Part shown: positions 23,915 through 37,262 of the stretch, piece by piece
Numbering within the stretch: the stretch's first letter is position 1
How the letters are laid out: the number at the start of each line of letters is the position of its first letter
Source: Mizuhopecten yessoensis
Taxonomy: Eukaryota
NCBI RefSeq assembly: GCF_002113885.1
Contig: NW_018408642.1
Location: 211,064 to 275,063, forward strand
DNA: 64,000 nucleotides
Reading direction: 5' to 3'
Made by a program: the position numbers and the translations under genes
The notes under the pieces: model-generated
The model's database searches: none
What the model saw: the letters and a program-made list of their open reading frames with translations, nothing else
Told to the model about the DNA's origin: nothing

Positions 23915-25745
23915 TAACACGACAAATGTAAGCTATATACCGACGATGTAAGCTATATACCTACAAATGTAAGCTATATACTGAAAAATTTAAGCTATAT
24001 CCCTGTAAGCTATAAACCGACAAATGTACGCTATATACCGACGATGTAAGCTATTTAATGTAAGCTATATACCGACGATGTAAGTTATATACCGGCGATG
24101 TAAGCTATATAACGTAAGCTATATACCGTCAATTGTAAGCTATACACCGACGATGTAAGCTATATACCTACAAATGTAAGCTATATACTGAAAAATGTAA
24201 GCTATATGCCTTTAAGCTATAAACCGACAAATGTACGCTATATACCGACGATGTAAGCTATTTAATGTAAGCTATATACCGACGAAGAAAGTTAAATAAT
24301 GTAAGCTATATACCGACGATATAAGCTATATAATGTAAGCTATATCCCGACAAATGTAAGCTATATACTGAAAAATGTAAGCTATATACCTGTAAGCTAT
24401 AAACAGACAAATGTAAGCTATATACCGACGATATAAGCTATATAATGTAAGCTATATCCCGACGATGTAAGCTATATACCGACAAATGTAGCTATATACC
24501 GACGATGTAAGCTATTTAATGTAAGCTATATACCGACGAAGAAAGTTAAATAATGTAAGCTATATACCGACGAAGAAAGTTAAATAATGTAAGCTATATA
24601 CCGACGAGGTAAGCTATATACCGACGATGTAAGCTATAAACCGACAAATGTAAGCTATATACCGACGATGTAAGCAATATACCGACAAATGTAAGCTATA
24701 TACCGACAAATGTAAGCTATATACCGACGATGTAAGCTATAAACCGACAAATGTAAGCTATATACCGACGATGTAAGCTATATACCGACAAATGTAAGCT
24801 ATATACTGAAAAATGTAAGCTATATACCTGTAAGCTATAAACCGACAAATGTAAGCTATATACCGACGATGTAAACTATATACCAACAAATGTAAGCTAT
24901 ATACCGACGATGTAAGCTATATCCCGACAAATGTAAGCTATATAATGTCAGCTATATACCGACGATGTAAGCTATATACCGTCAAATGTAAGCTATACAC
25001 CGACGATGTAAGCTATATACCGAGGATGTAAGCTATATACCGACAAATGTAAGCTATACACCGAGGATGTAAGCTATATACCGACGATGTAAGCTATATT
25101 CCGACGATGTAAGCTATATACCGACAAATGTAAGTTATATACGGACGATGTAAGCTATATACCGACGATGTAAGCTGTATAACGTAAGCTATATACCGAC
25201 AAATGTAAGCTATACACCGAGGATGTAAGCTATATACCGACGATGTAAGCTATAAACCGACAAACGTAAGCTATATACCGACGGTGTAAGCTATATACCG
25301 ACAAATGTAAGCTATATAATGTCAGCTATATACCGACGATGTAAGCTATATACCGTCAAATGTAAGCTATATAATGTCAGCTATATACCGACGATGTAAG
25401 CTATATACCGTCAAATGTAAGCTATATAATGTCAGCTATATACCGACGATGTAAGCTATATACCGAAAAATGTAAGCTATATACCGACGATGTAAGCTAT
25501 ATACCGACGATGTAAGCTATATACCGACAAATGTAAGCTATATAATGTCAGCTATATACCGACGATGTAAGCTATATACCGACAAATGTAAGCTATACAC
25601 CGACGATGTAAGCTATATACCGACGATGTAAGCTATATAACGTAAGCTATATACCGACAAATGTAAGCTATACACCGACGATGTAAGCTATATACCGACG
25701 ATGTAAGCTATATACCGACAAATGTAAGCTATACACCGACGATGA
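23915..25745. repeat. 20-22-bp minisatellite (TGTAAGCTATATACCGACGA / ..CAAA)
   Basis: Read directly; about 1.8 kb. Confidence 0.97.
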
Positions 25746-25798
25746 AATCGTGAGAAGGATTAAGTTCCTGCCGGGTTGAATATGTGTTTGTTGAATTT

Positions 25799-25993
25799 TA
25801 TGGAACGCCAAATTAACATATATTTAAATAATGGAAGATAGGTACAATTAATTGAAGATAGGTACAATTCAATTGGAGATAGGTACAAATAATTGTAGGT
25901 CTATCTTTGCCTATCTTTAATTAATTGTACCTATTTTCAATTATTTGAAGATATGTACAATTGATTGAATATATGTTAATTTGGCGTTCCATA
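25799..25993. mobile_element. MITE with TATGGAACGCCAAATTAACATATATT TIRs and a near-perfect 6-bp TSD (IS3EU-like termini)
   Basis: 26-bp perfect TIR; flanks GAATTT / GAGTTT; internal AGATAGGTACAATT subrepeats in both orientations. Confidence 0.75.
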
Positions 25994-26100
25994 GAGTTTG
26001 GTAGTAAGTATTTCAAGCAGACTGTACTCTTTACAGTGGGAACACACTATGTCCCTCTTCTGGCAAGCTTGTTTTTGTCTTCACCTGTGGCCGAGTTAAG

Positions 26101-27920
26101 ATATAGAGGATCTTACATGAGTGTCCATGTCATATTGAATTTATTAAACGAGTCAATAATTTGATATGACACGGGCCTTTAGGCGAGTGTCATATCGATT
26201 TATTGAATGAAATGAATTCAAGCACAACTATTGAATTGAATTCAAACACATCTATTGGTTATCAGCTGACTCTATATAGGTCAAAACCAAAGTACTCCGA
26301 TCATAGTATTGCCGTTCCGCGCAATGAAAAGTAGTTCCAGATTTGTTTATTTAAATTATGAACAGTTTTAAATGCAATGAAATAACAATGGCAAAATAAA
26401 CATTTCCAATTCATTAAATAGTCAAGACATGAAATTTTATCAGAAGAAAATCACTTTATAAAGTTTACAATTTTGTGACGTCATGCCTCATATGCCGTTT
26501 CAAGCAATCACAGCAGGCCTACTGAGAGTCGCTGTCACTTTCAATGACAGTTTTTCGGCTACGTTTTTTTTTTGGTGGTTTTGATGGACCACCTTGGTAA
26601 ATATCAATTTTAATGTTCCCTCCACTAATCGGACCACTGATAATTGATTCAAAACCGCCACTAATCTGACATCGAAGATGAAGAACTTGACGATTTTGTG
26701 AAACACGTGGAAATAGGCCTGACATGTTGGCAGGTGATCATGACAGAACGGCTTTTCTAGAGCTCAGGATTCGTGAAATTTGCTTGTGTTGGTCTGTGTT
26801 GATATGGCTATAGTTGTGTATTGATGAAATGTTTTTGTGTCCTGAAATTTGCATAATTTGGGTGGGTGGAGGGGGAACATTACTGTCACTGAGTTTTTGA
26901 ACAAGATATTTCCGAGCGCTGTGATTTGACAGATGTTTTTCAGTTTCGATTCCCGACAACTTGATCATTCTTTGCATCATGGTGCACAATTTATTGACTC
27001 CTACTGGCTGTTTCTTGAACCAAATTGGATTATTAGGCGATGATATGTGTTTAGTTGCTGCGTAAACAGGATCAGATGGGGCACCTAGCCAGTCGGGCGT
27101 TTTTCACGGTAAAGTTTATAAATTGTCACAGGGCACCTGTCAGGGTTTTCGAAATTTGCCCAAAGTTCTAATATCATGAGGATTTTCTCCCGTTCTTGTT
27201 TTAGTTTGGCGTTCAGTAAATTCCAGAAATTCTTGTCCATCCCCACCCATCATTTCCAAGAGTTACGTCACCCCAACACATGTCCCTATATGTTCTGCCG
27301 AGCCCCGGAGACCAAAATGAACGGTATTATAAAACCACAAAGTTTGTAGTAAGCTGTCAGGTGTATTCGAAACTAGTTGGCCAGAATTCCACAGCATGTC
27401 GATTTCAGTGTCATTTATTGGATCACACAGGAAAGGACACAGTTCAATTACTGGGATAACGTGGATTTGTCTACTTTCATTGACTTCAGGCAACTTGAAA
27501 AATTGATACAAAAGTTGCAGATCGTAGAATGTTTTGCGCAGAGTATTTTTTTGTTAGATTGGTTGAGGATAAAATTCCACACTTCATCTTCATTTGCAGT
27601 AACAAATCTATTTGTTTTGGGATTGTCAGCCCCATGCCCCGCATCCAAGTTTGTCGTCTGCTCCGGTTGCTGTTCTGACTTGGCCTGTGTAACACTGACC
27701 GTCTCAATACGATCTCGTTCAAATTCAACTTTAAAATCAATTCCAGAAACTTCTACACTACAAAATGTTGCAAAACTTCTTGGAACAATATCCTTTACAG
27801 TACCTGTTCCTCTGTTGTCAATTGAAACCGTGTCGCCAATGTTTATCTGGTCAGCCATTTTTTACTACGGTGTAGGAATATGTTAATTTCCCACGGTGTT
27901 GACCAATCACAGCACCTTTA
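26101..27920 (-). mobile_element. Crypton-type (DUF3504, KCTD1/ZMYM/QRICH1-related) tyrosine recombinase transposon, pseudogenised
   Basis: Frameshifted ORFs with LWFYNTVHFGLRGSAEH, ERQTKTRTG, CPV.IYKLY.EKRP, WFKKQPVGVNKL, NHSARK and QISGHKN.SSIHNYS (R, HxxR, H, Y catalytic signature); terminus ATATAGAGGATCTTACATGAGTG with a subterminal hairpin. Confidence 0.88.
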
Positions 27921-28299
27921 TTTTTTTTAATATTTTTTGTTTTGTTTTCAAAAGAGTTTTTTTCAATACAGTGACAATAATAATGGATCAGTTATTCATT
28001 CAGATTATATAATAACCTATTTGTTAGACTGCATATGGATAGGTATTATTTCATTTAATATTACACTGTATTGCTTAAAGGAAGAAGGAAGGATAAAAGG
28101 GGGAAAAAGAAGCTGATAAGAGAACAGAAATGAGAAAGTAGTAAAGAAAAGATAATGACAGATATCAGAACAAGCACGTCAGGGAAGGAAGTCAAAACAG
28201 AGCTAGATACTAATAAAAGTTAAGTAACAGAATTGTTACTGAATAATTAAGATATCAGCCTAAATCATATCAGGTTTTAGGCAAAATCAACTTATTTCA

Positions 28300-29315
28300 T
28301 CCGTTTCTTCCATTCATTTAGAAAAAATTGTAGACGAGGATCACTTTTACCATACGAAATACATTTTTGAACCATATATATATAGAGAGTTATCTTTTAT
28401 TACATTAGCTAGAGCCATAACAGAGAGAGTACCATGTGTAGTACTGGTTCTGTAGATATAGAATTTGATCAGAAGAAGAACTTCATTATCAATGCGATTG
28501 TAGATGTCTGTATAATTTACCAAACCAAATAACAATGTTACCAACCTTTCAAAACTTGCCAGAAAATTCTGAACCTCATCCCATTCCCATAACATATGCA
28601 CTATTGTCCCCCTTTCTCTATTACAGAAATTACAATTAGGATTGTTTGAAAAGCCTATTTTATGTGCATAAAAGTTAGTTGTTAGAATTTAGTGGTTAAC
28701 CTTAAATTGTAGCCAACGGAGTTAAGAATTTTGAGTTGATCGAAAAGGAATACTGTAAAACAAAATCCATTTCTCTTCATTATAGTCAAAGATATTCCCC
28801 CATTTTTGCTGACCAGTTATATTAATATTATTTCTCAGGAGTAAACGGTAGAAATCATGCGACCCTTTTTTTCTTTATGATAAGCACAAGATTAAGAGGA
28901 ATAATCGGAAACGTCAATGTTCTACTTGGAGATGTAAAAGGCCTCAAGTATGTTTTGGATTACTCCATAATACTGTAAATAATTTGTTATTGTACCAAAC
29001 ACAGTACAGAATTCATTAAAATTATAAAAGGAAAAAGTTCTATTGTCTTTTATTAAATCATTCACTATACTAATTCCTGCATCGAACCATTTTTTGTAGA
29101 AAATTGGTTGGTTATTATCAACAACGTTTTTGTTAAACCATAATGGAGTTTTAAGTATCAACTCCTCATCATCATGAATATTTCTAACAAGTTCTTCTTT
29201 AACTCTAAGATTATACCAAGCCTGAAATACATCTTCCCAGAAAATGTTTTAACATTTAGTTTTCGCTACGTGTAGATAATCATTCCAACATTTAGATAAC
29301 AGCTGAACGTCTACA
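28300..29315 (-). mobile_element. L1/Tx1-clade LINE ORF2 C-terminal fragment (decayed)
   Basis: TPLWFNKNV..PIFYKKWFDAGISIVNDL; LRWLQFKVNH.ILTTN..CNFC..E.TIVHMLWE (zf-RVT-like); contains stops. Confidence 0.8.
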
Positions 29316-30699
29316 TTGCACCTCTAGGTTTTATTACACGTGTGTAATACCTAGCAAAATTGGTCAGTTATGTGATCAATTTAGATCTCTCGATTATGTG
29401 CTGTCTTGATCTAGATAACAGGAAATATTTTTTACCACATTGGTCGTATATATATACCCTCCTGAACTTGATGCCAGTTTTTACTTTCAACGCAACAAAA
29501 AGGGACGAAAGACTTCTTACCTGTACGCTAAGCGTCACGATTTCGATTTAATGATACATTGTAGTCAATTTCAATAATAAGAGTTGCCTCCCCTTAGTGG
29601 TACCTCTCATTGTTGATGTGTATTGATGCTGCTCATGTGCATTACTAATAAATTAAGTTACAAGCAGCCATCTTTATGAGCTGTGTTTTGCTGACACCGC
29701 ACCTACATGTCCCAATCGATAAGGTTTTCAAGAACTTGCTCCAAATATATTTATTTCTGTAACAGACATCGACTGCTGACAGACACACCGCTAAACGATA
29801 AAGACCATAGACGTGTTTTATGGTTAACATAATGTAATGTCATCGGGGCATATGCTATTTCTGTGACATGAATATCTATGTCTTTGTAATACTACATTTG
29901 TTCTCTCTTTGATAATGTGACGTCACTTAGATTTGATCAAAATGTACGTGACGGGTGTTAGCCATAAAACAGTAGCCGCTTATCCTTCCGGACCACCTGG
30001 TCTTAATCTGCTTGCACTTTTTCAGTGGTATCCGTGTGAATCTTTTCTTTGTTAATAATCTGCCCCAGATTTTATCGATTTTGAGTTCGAATTACGTTTT
30101 TGTTTACAATTTGTTATTCTCATGTTGTTCACGTGTTTGCACGTACATAATGATAAAATAAGTTTTAATTATTTTTGACTATGGAAAATATCACTATTTT
30201 AGGAATTATGTACAAAAAGTTTATAAATGCGAAAACTATTTTACCAAAATTATCCCCACATCAATAACAGGTAGGTGAAAATGCAATCAGCAGACTGCTG
30301 GCACAGAGAATGACCAGGTTTGACTCAAAAGACTATCTGGTTCTCTGATGAAGCTTACTGCAAAGTAGTGTGCTGCTTTTTCCCGGAGAACCCATCTTCT
30401 CATTCAATAGATACAATGTAGGGATTTTTATAATGGTATATTTTCTATATATAAAGTACATTGAACTTTGGAATATATATACATCTCATCAATGGTACCA
30501 TAAGTGGAATTGTCATATAGCTTACTTCAATACCGTTACATTGTTCTCTAGTCTCCTGATAGTAAAACAATCATTTGTCACCGCCTATATAGACAAAGGT
30601 CTACAACTGAAAAAACACACTTTATTTTTGCTTTATTTATATGACGATTTAAATATTTTAAGTTTATTTTCAGTAGATTATTGATCAATATGATCTTGC

Positions 30700-32620
30700 A
30701 ATTTGCTACCTTGCTATATTTATATTCTATATCTAGCTATATTGACATTTGATATATTGCTCTGTTGACATTTGATATCTTAATTGATATGTTGACATTT
30801 GATGCCTTGCTATGTTGACATTTGACACATTGTTATGATGACATTTGATATCTTGCTATGTTGGCATTTTGATGCATTGCTATGTTGGCAATTTATATCT
30901 TGCTATGTTGACATTTGATGCCTTAATTTATTGAAATTTTGATGCCTTGTTATGTTTCCATTTTATATCTTGCTTTGTTGACATTTGATATCTTGCTATG
31001 TTGACATTTGATGCCTTGCTATGTTGCCATTTGATATAATTCTTTGTTGACCTTCGATATATTGCTATGTTGACATTCAACATTTGATGCTTTGCTATGT
31101 TGCCATTTAATATCTTGCTATGTTGACATTTTATGCCTTGCTATGTTGACATTCACCATTTGATGCCTTGCTATGTTAACATTTGATGCCTTGCTATGTT
31201 GCCATTTGATATCTTGCTATGTTGACATTCAACATTTGATGCCTTGCTATGTTGCCATTTAATATCTTGCTATGTTGACATTTTATGGCTTGCTATGTTG
31301 ACATTCAACATTTGATGCCTTGCTATGTGGACATTTAATATCTTGCTATGTTGACATTTTATGCCTTGCTATGTTGACATTCAACATTTGATGCCTTGCT
31401 ATGTTGACATTTAATATCTTGCTATGTTGACATTTTATGCCTTGCTATGTTGACATTCAACATTTGATGCCTTGCTATGTTGACATTTAATATCTTGCTA
31501 TGTTGACATTTTATGCCTTGCTATGTTGACATTCAACATTTGATGCCTTGCTATGTTGACATTTAATATCTTGCTATGTTGACATTTTATGCCTTGCTAT
31601 GTTGACATTCAACATTTGATGCCTTGCTATGTTGCCATTTTATAAATTGCTATGATGACATTTGATGCCTTGCTATGTTGACATTTTGATGCATTGTTAT
31701 GTTGGAATTTGATGCCTTGCTTTGTTGCCATTTTATATCTTATGTTGGCATTTGATGCCTTGCTATGTTGACATTTAATGCCTTGTTATGTTGACATTTG
31801 ATGCCTTGTTATGTTGATATTCATGCCTTGTAATGTTGAGATTTTGATGCCTTGTTATGTTGCAATTTGGTATCTTGGTATATTGACATTTTATGCCTTG
31901 CTATGTTGATATTTCAATGCATTGGTACATTTGTATGTTGGCATTTGATGCATTGTTATGTTGCAATTTGATATATTGCTATTTTGACATTTGATGCCTT
32001 GCTAGTTTGACATTTTGATGCCTTGCTATGTTGGCATTTCATGCATTGCTCTGTTGACATTTTATATCTTGCTCTGTTGACATTTGATGCCTTGCTTTGT
32101 TGACATTTGATATCTTGCTATGTTGACATTTGATGCCTTGATATGTTGCCATTTGATATCTTGCTTTGTTGACATTTGATGCCTTGCCATGTTGCCATTT
32201 GATATCTTGCTTTGTTGACATTTGATGCCTTGCTATGTTGTCATTAGTTATCTAGCTATGTTGACATTTGATACCTTGCTCTGTTGACATTTGATGCCTC
32301 GTTATGTTGCCATTTGATATATATGTTGACCTTTGATATCTTGCTATGCTGACATTCGACATTTGATGTCTTGCTATGTTGACATTTGATGCCTTGCTCT
32401 GTTGATATTTCTAATCTTGTTTTGTTGTCCATTGTAACCTTTCTATGTTGTTATTTGATATAATTCTTTGTTGACTATCGATATCTTGCCTTGTTGACAT
32501 TCGACATTTAATGCCTTGCTAAGTTAACATTTGATATATTGCTTTATTGACATTCGACATTTGGTGCCTTGCTATGTTGAAATTTGATGTCTTGCTTTGT
32601 TGATATTTGATATTTTGCCA
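30700..32620. repeat. 23-bp minisatellite (TTGCTATGTTGACATTTGATGCC) with a 76-bp higher-order block
   Basis: Period 23; period 76 at about 31060-31630. Confidence 0.95.
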
Positions 32621-33039
32621 CGATCCCCGTGTTTGTGCTTTTACAAGTACGATGTATTTCTTATTGCTTACGGTTATGATAGTCTATGAGCAATTGTCTG
32701 CAGAATTTGTTTGTAAATTGCAACGTCATAGCAGAGCAACTGTGTATTATTTGTTTCATCAATAGTTCTCCCAAGATTTATGATCTTTGTTAATACATGT
32801 TTGTAGGTTAACTTAAGTTTCTCTTTATTTTGCCTAAAGTAGATTCAATTTTGTAGACTTGAGAATCCACAGTAATTCGATGGGTAAACAAAAATCCTTT
32901 TAATAACTGCTCATATAATTGCTAAAGAGAAAACCATGCTGAAAGAATGTTTTTACACGTGAGATTTTGGACGTTCAATCATCTTACGATAATTCTCCCG
33001 TGCACATGTTTGAATGTTATTCAAATGTAATGAAGGGCC

Positions 33040-36000
33040 ATGGTGAGCTTATGACGTCGTCCGTCCGTCCGACGTCCGTCCGTCCGTCAACTTTAAAACG
33101 CTACTAGTCCTGAACAGTTTATTATAGAGGGGAAAATGAACTTACCTTAATGTATAACACATTGCATAATACATCACCAACGTACCTTAATGACATAGTT
33201 GATCCTTTTTTAAATGATTTCACAAATGTGAGATATCAGCTAAGACTAAGACTGTTTTCAATACCATTAAACATTTACAAGTAAACACAGTGTGAATATG
33301 TCATCCTTACCCCATTATTCAACATGGACTTGTTTGGAATTTGAGGTTATAACTTTTAAAATCCTTCTCCTTCTGTACCATTGCTGGGATTTTATCCAAA
33401 TTTTGGACTAAATTTTGTACTAATTGAGGATGTTGCCACTCTGGGTGCTGATTAACGGGGCCCAATAGGGGAATTTGAGGTTTAAATCTTCAAAATCCTT
33501 CTTCTGTACCATTGAAGGGATTTAAAGTAGGCCTGGAACATCCCTTGGCGAAGGAGGCTAAACTTTGTATAAGCGGAGGGTGTTGCCCCTCTGGGTGCAG
33601 AGAGATGGAGCCCAGAAGGGAAATTTTAGGTTTAAATCTTGCAAATCCTTCTCCTTAAGTATGATTGAAGTTATTTTAACAAATTTGGTCCAGAGCATCA
33701 TTGTGCAAGGGGGACTTAATATGTTTTAACAGAGTGCATTCCTCTGGGAGTAACGGGGATGGATCAAGTAGGGAGGACATAGTAATAAAGATTTAAAATC
33801 CTTTTCCTTTAGTTTATTTGAGGTTTAAATCTCAGTATTTTAGTCAAATGTGGTCCATAACATCATTGTGCAAGTTGAACTCGATTTGTTTAAACAGAAT
33901 GCATTTCCCTGTGAGCAAAGGGGAAAGGTCCAGTAATGGAACATTGTAATAAATATTTAATATCCTTTTCGTTTATTTTTTTTGCAGGGACTTTAATCAA
34001 ATTTTGCGTAGAGCATCCTTGGGCAAAGAAGACTACATTTTGTGTAAATGAATGGCTGCTTTTAGGAAACAGTTGGGCGGGACCGATAGGAGAAATTGAG
34101 GTTAATCCACCCCAATTCATGGGGGCAGAAAAAGGAACCTAATGAGGAACAGGTGCTGCTGAGAGACAGAGCCAGGATTTGGAAATAGTTGGGAGTATTA
34201 TACGTAATCAGAATACTTTTCCATGGTTTCTTTATCATTTAGGTGAGAGATAAGGCCCTCTGAGCCTCTTGTTATGTTGATTACTTTCGGTTCAAGTCCA
34301 TTACTCAAAAGATAATTTGTCATCATGGTAGTCAGACCATAGGAGCTATACAAGTAGATTCAAATCTAATGATAACAAAAACCTACATGCGCATCAACTT
34401 GCATACTGCCAGTACAATGCTTTTATGCCTTCCACTGTGTTTGATTTGTAGTTAAGAATCTGTCCATTCCTAGATTGGGTAGTGATTTCTATTGACACAG
34501 GTTCCATGTTAATACAACTGTCCGCTCCAAACAAATTACGTTCAAACACAGCAGCCGCGATCTAAGTACAAATCAGTCAGTCAGCCTGTTTAATCCGTAC
34601 TTTTGTGGTTTTCTTTGAACGGCCAGGTAGATTTTGTCTTAATTTGGTTTGGAGCATCCTTAGGCCAAGGACACTCAATTTTGTATCAACGGTGGGTGTG
34701 GCATCCCTGGGGGCAGAGGAGCGGGGCCCGATATGGGAAATATAGGTAAAAACTTTATAATCCTTCTTTTACTGTTGGGATAAAGGGATTTTATCCTAAT
34801 TCATTCTGGACTATCCTTGGCCCAATGGAACTTTATTTTGTATAAATGATGGATGTGCCCCTCCTAGGGGCAGAGGGATAGGGCCGAATGTGGGAAATAG
34901 AGGTTAACCTTTAAATCCCTTTTCTACCATATGGACTAAGGGATTTCATCCCAATTTGGTATAGGGTATCCTTAGGCCAAAGGGACTCAATGTTGAATGA
35001 ACGGTGGGTATGGACCCCCTGGGGGCAGAGGAGCAGGGCCCAATAAGTGATATAGAGGCAAACCTTTAAAATCCTTCCTCTAACATATGGATTAAGGGAT
35101 TTCATCCAAATTTAGTCTAGAGCATCATTGTGCCAAAGTCATTCAATTTTGTATAAACGGTGGGTTTGGAACCCTTGGGAGCAGAGGAGCGGGGCCAAAT
35201 AGGGGAAACAGCGGTAAAATCTTTGAAATCCTTCTGCTACCAAAGGGATTAAGGGATTTCCTTCCAATTTGGTCTGGAAAATCCTTGGGGCAAAATGATT
35301 CTATTTTGTATCAATGTTGGGTGTGGCTTCCCTGTGTCCATCAACTGTTTCCTTTAAAATGCTGCTAGTCCAAAATGGCTCAGAGGATTTTCACAAAATT
35401 GGTCTGGAACATCATTGGCCTAAGAATTTTCAATTTCCTAGGGGGGAGGGGGGTGTTGGCAGAGGTGCGTTGCCAAATAGGGGGGAAATAGAGTTTATTT
35501 GGAGGGATTTTAACCAAATGTTAAATGCATCCTTTGGCAAAGAAGACTAAATGTTGTATTATAGATGGCCCGATAGGGAAAATTGAGGTTAATCCACCCC
35601 AATTCATGGGAGAAAGAATGGGTATTAATAAGGAGCGATGTTGCTGTAAGACAGCCAATATTTTGATACACTGTTAGAGTATTAAACGTAATAAGAATAA
35701 CTTTCCATGGTTGCTTTATTATCCAGGTGAGCGATTAGACCCTTTAGTCCTCTTGTTATGTTGATGATGAACCGGTGATCAATTTGGAATGATTGCTTTC
35801 GGTTCAGGACCATTACTCAAAAGATAATTTGTCATCATGGTGGTCAGGCCATATAGTTATATAGGCAAGCAGACGGCTATTGAGGGTAGATTCAAATCTA
35901 ATGATAAAAAAACAACACATTCGCGTCAAATTGCATACTACCAGTTCAATGCTTTTATGCCTTTTCACTGTATTTGATTTACAGTTAAGAATCTGTCTAT

Positions 36001-37262
36001 TCCTAGATTGAGTAGTGATTTCTATTGACACATGTACCATACAAGATACAAGATACAAGAAACTTTATTTAACGTCGTATATATTAAACAGAGAATTATT
36101 AGCGCTGTAGCGCTATTTTTGCGACAAACATGATAAAAAGCAAACAGAAAACAACAAACAAGCTATACACTGACAGAAAGCTAGCCCATAATCAGCGAGT
36201 AAACATACAACAATATAGGAGCATTTAATTAGATATCACAAGCACTAACTTTAAAGCACTATACTAAAGATGATGTAATGAGATAATAGTGAACACCTGT
36301 ATTTCACGCAGGTGTTGCTATATCATAGGAGGATTAAAGCACTACAAGTGTAATGTACATTCATGCTAATATAGCAAAAGAGTAAAAATTGACATAATAT
36401 ACACAAATATAGTGTAAATTAAAATAAGACGATAAGTTCTAGTAAGTAAAAACATATTGAGCTGTAATGTAATAAGAATAGAGGGCTAAAACTATGCTGC
36501 CCGTTATTGGTATACAAAAGCGCTATGCAAAGCAGAAGTTAAAGCTAAATAGATAGGTAAATAAATAAATAAAAAAAAATAAAAAAAACATGTTAATACA
36601 ACTGTCCACTTCAAACACAGCATCCCTTGATCTAAGTCCCAACCAGTACCAGTACTGTAGGAGGAAACGTTAGGTTTGTACTCTGTCATTCAGGTAGCCT
36701 GTTAAATCCGCACTATTGTCCTGAGTTTATGTACTCTGTTACCAACAATTACTAATTATTAGCTCACCTGGTCCGAAGCACCGGTGAATTTGTGTCATGG
36801 CGCAGCGTGCGTCCGTCAACGTTTCATTAGAACGGACCAGTAGACTGACGTAATTTGTTCTGGAGCATCCTTATGCCAAGGGCACTCAATTTTGTAAAAA
36901 CGCTGTGTGTGGCCCTCCTGGGGTCAGTGGGGTAGTGCTGAATACGGAAAATAGAGGTAAACCTGTAAAATCCTTCTTCTACCGTATAGATTAAGGGATT
37001 TCATCCCAATTCGGTCTGGAGTATCCTTGGGCCAATGGGACCTAATTTTGTATACACGGTTGGTATGGACCACCTTGGGCCAGAGGGACAGGGCCCAATA
37101 CAAGTATGAAAATCCTTCTTCTGCCCGACAGAGAAAGGGATTTTAAACAAAATGATGTGGTCCCCCTTCCTCTTCTCAACCAATAGATGAATTTTGACCA
37201 AATTTGCTGTAGAGCATCTGTGGATAAAGGGGCCCCAACTATATATAAACGGAGGGTGTGGT
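33040..37262 (+). mobile_element. Cluster of about 3 Helentron/HINE-like elements carrying about 150-bp satellite-like core repeats
   Basis: 5' TTAGCTCACCTGGTCCGAAG..CGGTGA (36759), (GTCC)n microsatellite (33057), cores TTGGTCTGGAGCATCCTTGG..GGGGCCC..TAAAATCCTTC, and 3' ends AGGTGAG..GGCCC..CCTCTTGTT (34241, 35725). Confidence 0.7.
36041..36588 (-). mobile_element. LINE 3' end-like insertion with (TCTTGTA)n tail
   Basis: Interrupts a segment that is contiguous in the paralogous copy at 34500; minus strand AATAAA then (TCTTGTA)n. Confidence 0.55.
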
